Position numbers and translations under genes: made by a program. The notes beneath the pieces were generated by a model. That model saw only the letters and a program-made list of their open reading frames with translations, was not told where the DNA came from and did no database searches. Below, one piece after another: positions 60,470 to 64,000 of a DNA stretch of 64,000 nucleotides (its first letter is position 1; each line of letters opens with the position of its first letter). Source of the stretch: an uncultured virus (IMG/VR IMGVR_UViG_3300032291_002419) (lineage: Duplodnaviria; Heunggongvirae; Uroviricota; Caudoviricetes); IMG/VR virus record IMGVR_UViG_3300032291_002419, one strand, 5' to 3'.

Positions 60470-61126
60470 ATGATATATACGAGAAATTGCCCTAAATGTG
60501 GAGATGAAATTCAGCATAAAAATCCAAGAAGTTTTAAATGGGCTAAAACAGATGGTAAGCCATGTCGGAAATGTTATAGTAAGGATATATCTGATACATT
60601 AAAAGCGAAATATAAAAATGGTGAAATTAATTTTATACCAAGGGATAAAGAACGAGAGAAAACTTTAGAAAGAAATTTTCATAGAAATTGTCCTAATTGT
60701 GGAAATGAAATGAACTATGTATCAGAAGGTACATTAAAAACGGCTATAAAACGAAATACAATTTGTATTTCATGTTCTAATAAAATTCATAATAGAGGTA
60801 TTATGAATGGACTCGCCAGCCATCAAATTGAAAAAATGAGAGCCACTAAAGCGGGTTTTCAAAATTTTGATGAATACAAAGAGTTATATCCTAAAAAGCA
60901 ATTCTATAAAAGAGAAGTATGGAGACTAACCTATCGAAATCCATTGAATACTTTAGATAATTGGAATCTACGTGGGAGATGTGGAGTTGAGGGAGCATAT
61001 CAGCTAGACCATATAAAAAGTATTAATTGGGGATGGGAGAATGGCATAGAACCACAATTGATTGCGGAATGGGATAATTTGAGAATGATACCTTGGAAAG
61101 ATAATTTATTAAAATCTTCAAAATAA
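60470..61126 (+). CDS. HNH homing endonuclease with two zinc-ribbon repeats
   Basis: RNCPKC...CRKC and RNCPNC...CISC; YQLDHIKSI...NLRMIPWKDNLLK. ATG 60470 chosen because the late motif lies at 60436-60445. Confidence 0.8.
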   Translation: MIYTRNCPKCGDEIQHKNPRSFKWAKTDGKPCRKCYSKDISDTLKAKYKNGEINFIPRDKEREKTLERNFHRNCPNCGNEMNYVSEGTLKTAIKRNTICISCSNKIHNRGIMNGLASHQIEKMRATKAGFQNFDEYKELYPKKQFYKREVWRLTYRNPLNTLDNWNLRGRCGVEGAYQLDHIKSINWGWENGIEPQLIAEWDNLRMIPWKDNLLKSSK

Positions 61127-61194
61127 TAATAAGAGTGGAAGTTTTAATTTATTTAGTTCTATCTTATATTTATATATAACATAATTCCAACACA

Positions 61195-61839
61195 ATGGCA
61201 TATCCAGAAAAGCAATATCAAAGACAAGAAACTGCAAAAGAATATACTACTATATATACATTAGATGCTACCGATAAAATCGCATTAAGGCAAGAAGATG
61301 GTATGTTAGGATATGCATCGGTGTCAGATTTAACATCTTATATAAATTTAAGAACTGCTGAAAAATTAGGTTGGGCTAGATATGATGATACGCAATATAC
61401 GACTTCATCTGTATTTAGTTTAACAACTGCCGCAGGTGAGCAAATACTACCAAATAACGGTGGAAATACGATAGAAGCTCATTTGCATTCTACAATACCA
61501 TTTTACGATAGTGTTTCTAAAAAGATACAAGTAGAAAATGTAGGTGATGTTTATATGTGCACAGTTGTATTTGATGCAAAAACCACAAATGCAAATGCCG
61601 CATATCTAAGACTACAATTAGATAATACCGTTGGAACTCCATACGAAAGAGTTGGTAAAGATTTATTTTTTGGAAAAGGAAATGATGTATGGCATGAATA
61701 TCACGAAGTTTTTCAATGGTATGGTGATACGGATTTTTTAGAAAATGGTAATTATTGGAAGGTTCAAGCATTTGGTGCAACCGTTAGTATAGCAAACGTA
61801 ATATTCTTTATACAACGCACTCAAAATCATACCACATAA
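61195..61839 (+). CDS. Putative head-associated beta-rich structural protein
   Basis: 214-aa ORF with its own late motif, between capsid and neck genes. Confidence 0.55.
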   Translation: MAYPEKQYQRQETAKEYTTIYTLDATDKIALRQEDGMLGYASVSDLTSYINLRTAEKLGWARYDDTQYTTSSVFSLTTAAGEQILPNNGGNTIEAHLHSTIPFYDSVSKKIQVENVGDVYMCTVVFDAKTTNANAAYLRLQLDNTVGTPYERVGKDLFFGKGNDVWHEYHEVFQWYGDTDFLENGNYWKVQAFGATVSIANVIFFIQRTQNHTT

Positions 61840-61930
61840 ATTAAAAAGAGTAGTTTTATCATCTCTTTTTTTATTTCTATATTTATAACTTTTTATTTTT
61901 ATATTTATAAGTAAATATAATCGGAATAAT

Positions 61931-63118
61931 ATGTCTTTAAATTTAAAATGGGCAGGAAGTGGTTCTGCTATATCAGGTTCAACTCCGTTTGGAATATACG
62001 ATACCGATGTAGACTTTATACGCGATGGGCCAAAAACGGCAGTATGGTGTGCAAAGCGATTGGGATATCCAATTGTTGATGTTGAGATAATTGATGAACA
62101 ATTTTACGCATGTTTTGAAGAATCGGTATCGGAATATTCAGCACAAATAAATCAATTTAATCTTCGTAATAATTTAGATATTCTAAAAGGGCAGCCAAAA
62201 ACTGCTAGAAGTAATTATTCGCAAACATTGGTAGATGGTTCGTTTTTGCCAACTACAATCAGAATGTCGCAACAATACGGAACATTGGCGGGAGTTGGTG
62301 GTAATACGCCCATTAAAAAGGCATACATTGAGTTAGTTGCAGGTCAGCAGAAATATAACTTAATGAGTGCATCAATTGATATAGACCGTAGTGCATCATT
62401 TCAAGCACTATTTAGTGGTTCATCTACAATAGATGTAACTCGTGTATATTATGAAGCTACACCTGCTATTCAAAGATTTTTTGACCCATATTCGGTTGGA
62501 GGACAAGGAACATTGAATTTATTGGATGAAATGGGATTTGGTTCATATTCACCAGCTGCTCAATTTTTATTAATGCCACTATATGAAGATGTGTTAAGAA
62601 TACAGGCAATCGAATTGAATGACCATATCCGAAAATCACATCATACCTTTAATATTGTCAATAATATAATTGAAGTATTTCCATTACCGCAAAATAATGG
62701 TATATCTAGGCTATATTTTGATTATATGAGTAGAGATGAGTTTGAGCATAATTCTCAAATTATACAACCCGAATCACTTTCAGATTATTCAGATATACCA
62801 TACGATTTTATCCAATATTCCCTTATAAATGATGTGGGTAAGCAATGGATTAGAAAATATACATTAGCATTGGTAAAAGAATTATTGGGTGCTATTCGTG
62901 AAAAATATAATTCAATTCCAATACCCGATGGTGAAATCAGTTTAGATGGTGGAGCATTACGAGCGGAGGCTCAAGTTGAAAAAGAAATGCTTGTAGCCCA
63001 ACTTAGAGAAAATTTGGAAGAATTGAGTAGAAAGAATGTGATGGAAAATAAAGCACACGAATCAGACCATCAGCAGGAAATGTTAAGAAAAGTTCCGTTA
63101 AAAATATATGTAGGATAA
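61931..63118 (+). CDS. Neck/head-tail adaptor protein (gp13-like)
   Basis: RLGYPIVDVEI, WIRKYTLALVKELLG..R.KY..IP.PDGEISLDG. Confidence 0.85.
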   Translation: MSLNLKWAGSGSAISGSTPFGIYDTDVDFIRDGPKTAVWCAKRLGYPIVDVEIIDEQFYACFEESVSEYSAQINQFNLRNNLDILKGQPKTARSNYSQTLVDGSFLPTTIRMSQQYGTLAGVGGNTPIKKAYIELVAGQQKYNLMSASIDIDRSASFQALFSGSSTIDVTRVYYEATPAIQRFFDPYSVGGQGTLNLLDEMGFGSYSPAAQFLLMPLYEDVLRIQAIELNDHIRKSHHTFNIVNNIIEVFPLPQNNGISRLYFDYMSRDEFEHNSQIIQPESLSDYSDIPYDFIQYSLINDVGKQWIRKYTLALVKELLGAIREKYNSIPIPDGEISLDGGALRAEAQVEKEMLVAQLRENLEELSRKNVMENKAHESDHQQEMLRKVPLKIYVG

Positions 63119-63119
63119 T

Positions 63120-63575
63120 ATGCCAAAATTTATATCAGATAGAGATGTAGCCTTTTTTAAAGGATTGGCTAGGGAAGTAGTAGATACAGTTGTTGAAAAC
63201 GTAATCGTATTATTCAAAGTGAATTTGAATGAAACGAAAGTGAATTTGTACGGCGAATCGATTAATAAAACGTGGTATCCGGGCGTAGAACTATACGGTT
63301 TAATTAATAAGGAAGCAGAAACTGCCAATTATGAGGGGTTTGGCTCGGATACCAGTCAAAACATAGAATTCAGATTAGATAGATGGATGTGTGAAGAAAA
63401 AAATACATACCCAGAAATTGGAGATGTTATACTATTTGATAATTCATATTATGAGATAGATAATACAAACGAAATACAATTTGTAGGAGGACAACCTAAG
63501 AATAACTTTAGCATAGTATGTAGCACATTTATGATACGTAAATCTACATTGAATATACAAGAAAGAATTGATTAA
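63120..63575 (+). CDS. Neck/head-closure protein (gp14-like)
   Basis: NLYGES, PEIGDVILF..SYYEI; follows the gp13-like gene. Confidence 0.7.
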   Translation: MPKFISDRDVAFFKGLAREVVDTVVENVIVLFKVNLNETKVNLYGESINKTWYPGVELYGLINKEAETANYEGFGSDTSQNIEFRLDRWMCEEKNTYPEIGDVILFDNSYYEIDNTNEIQFVGGQPKNNFSIVCSTFMIRKSTLNIQERID

Positions 63576-63577
63576 AT

Positions 63578-64000
63578 ATGGCAATAAATCCGTTAAAGCT
63601 CGATTTAAATAGAGCAAGAGAAGTAAAATCTAACATTGGCGATGTCAAAAAGAGTGTAGGTCTATTTGATATAGATTACGCAATGATGACATATTTGGAA
63701 GATGTTGCGTTGCCGAAATTGGATTATAATGGAAAATCGGTAAGTATTCCGGTTATATATGGTAATTCCGAAAGATGGAAAGGGGCAAGACGTGAGGGGG
63801 TTTATAGAGATGCAAAAGGGCAGATTCAATTACCATTAATGATGCTTCGTAGAACATCAATTGCCAAAGATGATACGATGCCAATGCAAAATAGACACGT
63901 ATCATATCCTACTATTACCAAATATTCAAAAGATAATAGATATGATAGGTTTACTGCGCTTGGTTCAAATGTACAACCTAAGTATGAGTTATACAACATA
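63578..64000 (+). CDS. Tail terminator/sheath stabiliser (gp15-like), 3' truncated
   Basis: Manual translation MAINPLKLDLNRA...IPVIYGNSERW...QIQLPLMMLRR; open to the window end. Confidence 0.7.
   Translation, partial: MAINPLKLDLNRAREVKSNIGDVKKSVGLFDIDYAMMTYLEDVALPKLDYNGKSVSIPVIYGNSERWKGARREGVYRDAKGQIQLPLMMLRRTSIAKDDTMPMQNRHVSYPTITKYSKDNRYDRFTALGSNVQPKYELYNI

Larger units (their letters stand above)
4933..61909 (+). promoter_or_regulatory. Dispersed late-promoter motif (T/A/G)ATATTTAT(A/T)
   Basis: Intergenic copies start at 4933, 11417, 16416, 16445, 16451, 18429, 19386, 24406, 38812, 42804, 47714, 51047, 57362, 60436, 61165, 61878 and 61900, each upstream of a + strand start. Confidence 0.75.

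Noticed and set aside
1150..63328. Minus-strand ORFs of 60-170 aa in the ORF track
   Set aside because: Nested antisense to well-supported + strand genes with no recognisable motifs.
1..64000. tRNA/rRNA genes, integrase or transposase
   Set aside because: None recognised by eye and intergenic gaps are short; tRNAscan-SE or Infernal would be needed to exclude small RNAs formally.

Overview
The window is an AT-rich, densely coding segment of a large T4-like (myovirus) bacteriophage genome, almost entirely on the + strand. The host is probably Bacteroidota: there is a TTTG-N20-TAnnTTTG promoter, A-rich leaders lack Shine-Dalgarno sites, and one gene carries SprB-like repeats. Gene order: UvsE and peptide deformylase; a gp55-like late sigma factor; a baseplate/tail block; a DNA-metabolism island (endonuclease I, primase, fused Mre11-Rad50/SbcDC); a 3721-aa modular tail fibre; a Thr-tract protein with a glycosyltransferase and a radical SAM enzyme; internal-head polyproteins; terminase, portal, prohead protease, scaffold, major capsid; neck and tail-terminator genes. 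Three homing endonuclease genes are interspersed. Most notable: (1) a fractured gene in which a naturally split intein, with a free-standing endonuclease between its halves, interrupts the catalytic KxDG motif of a ligase-like domain at the end of a protease-processed polyprotein; (2) a candidate virion O-glycosylation cassette; (3) a probable -1 frameshift at an A11 run; (4) an unannotated RHH gene with tandem operator-like repeats that recur upstream of the capsid operon; (5) a conserved ATATTTAT late-promoter motif. Family assignments come from motif recognition, not database searches.
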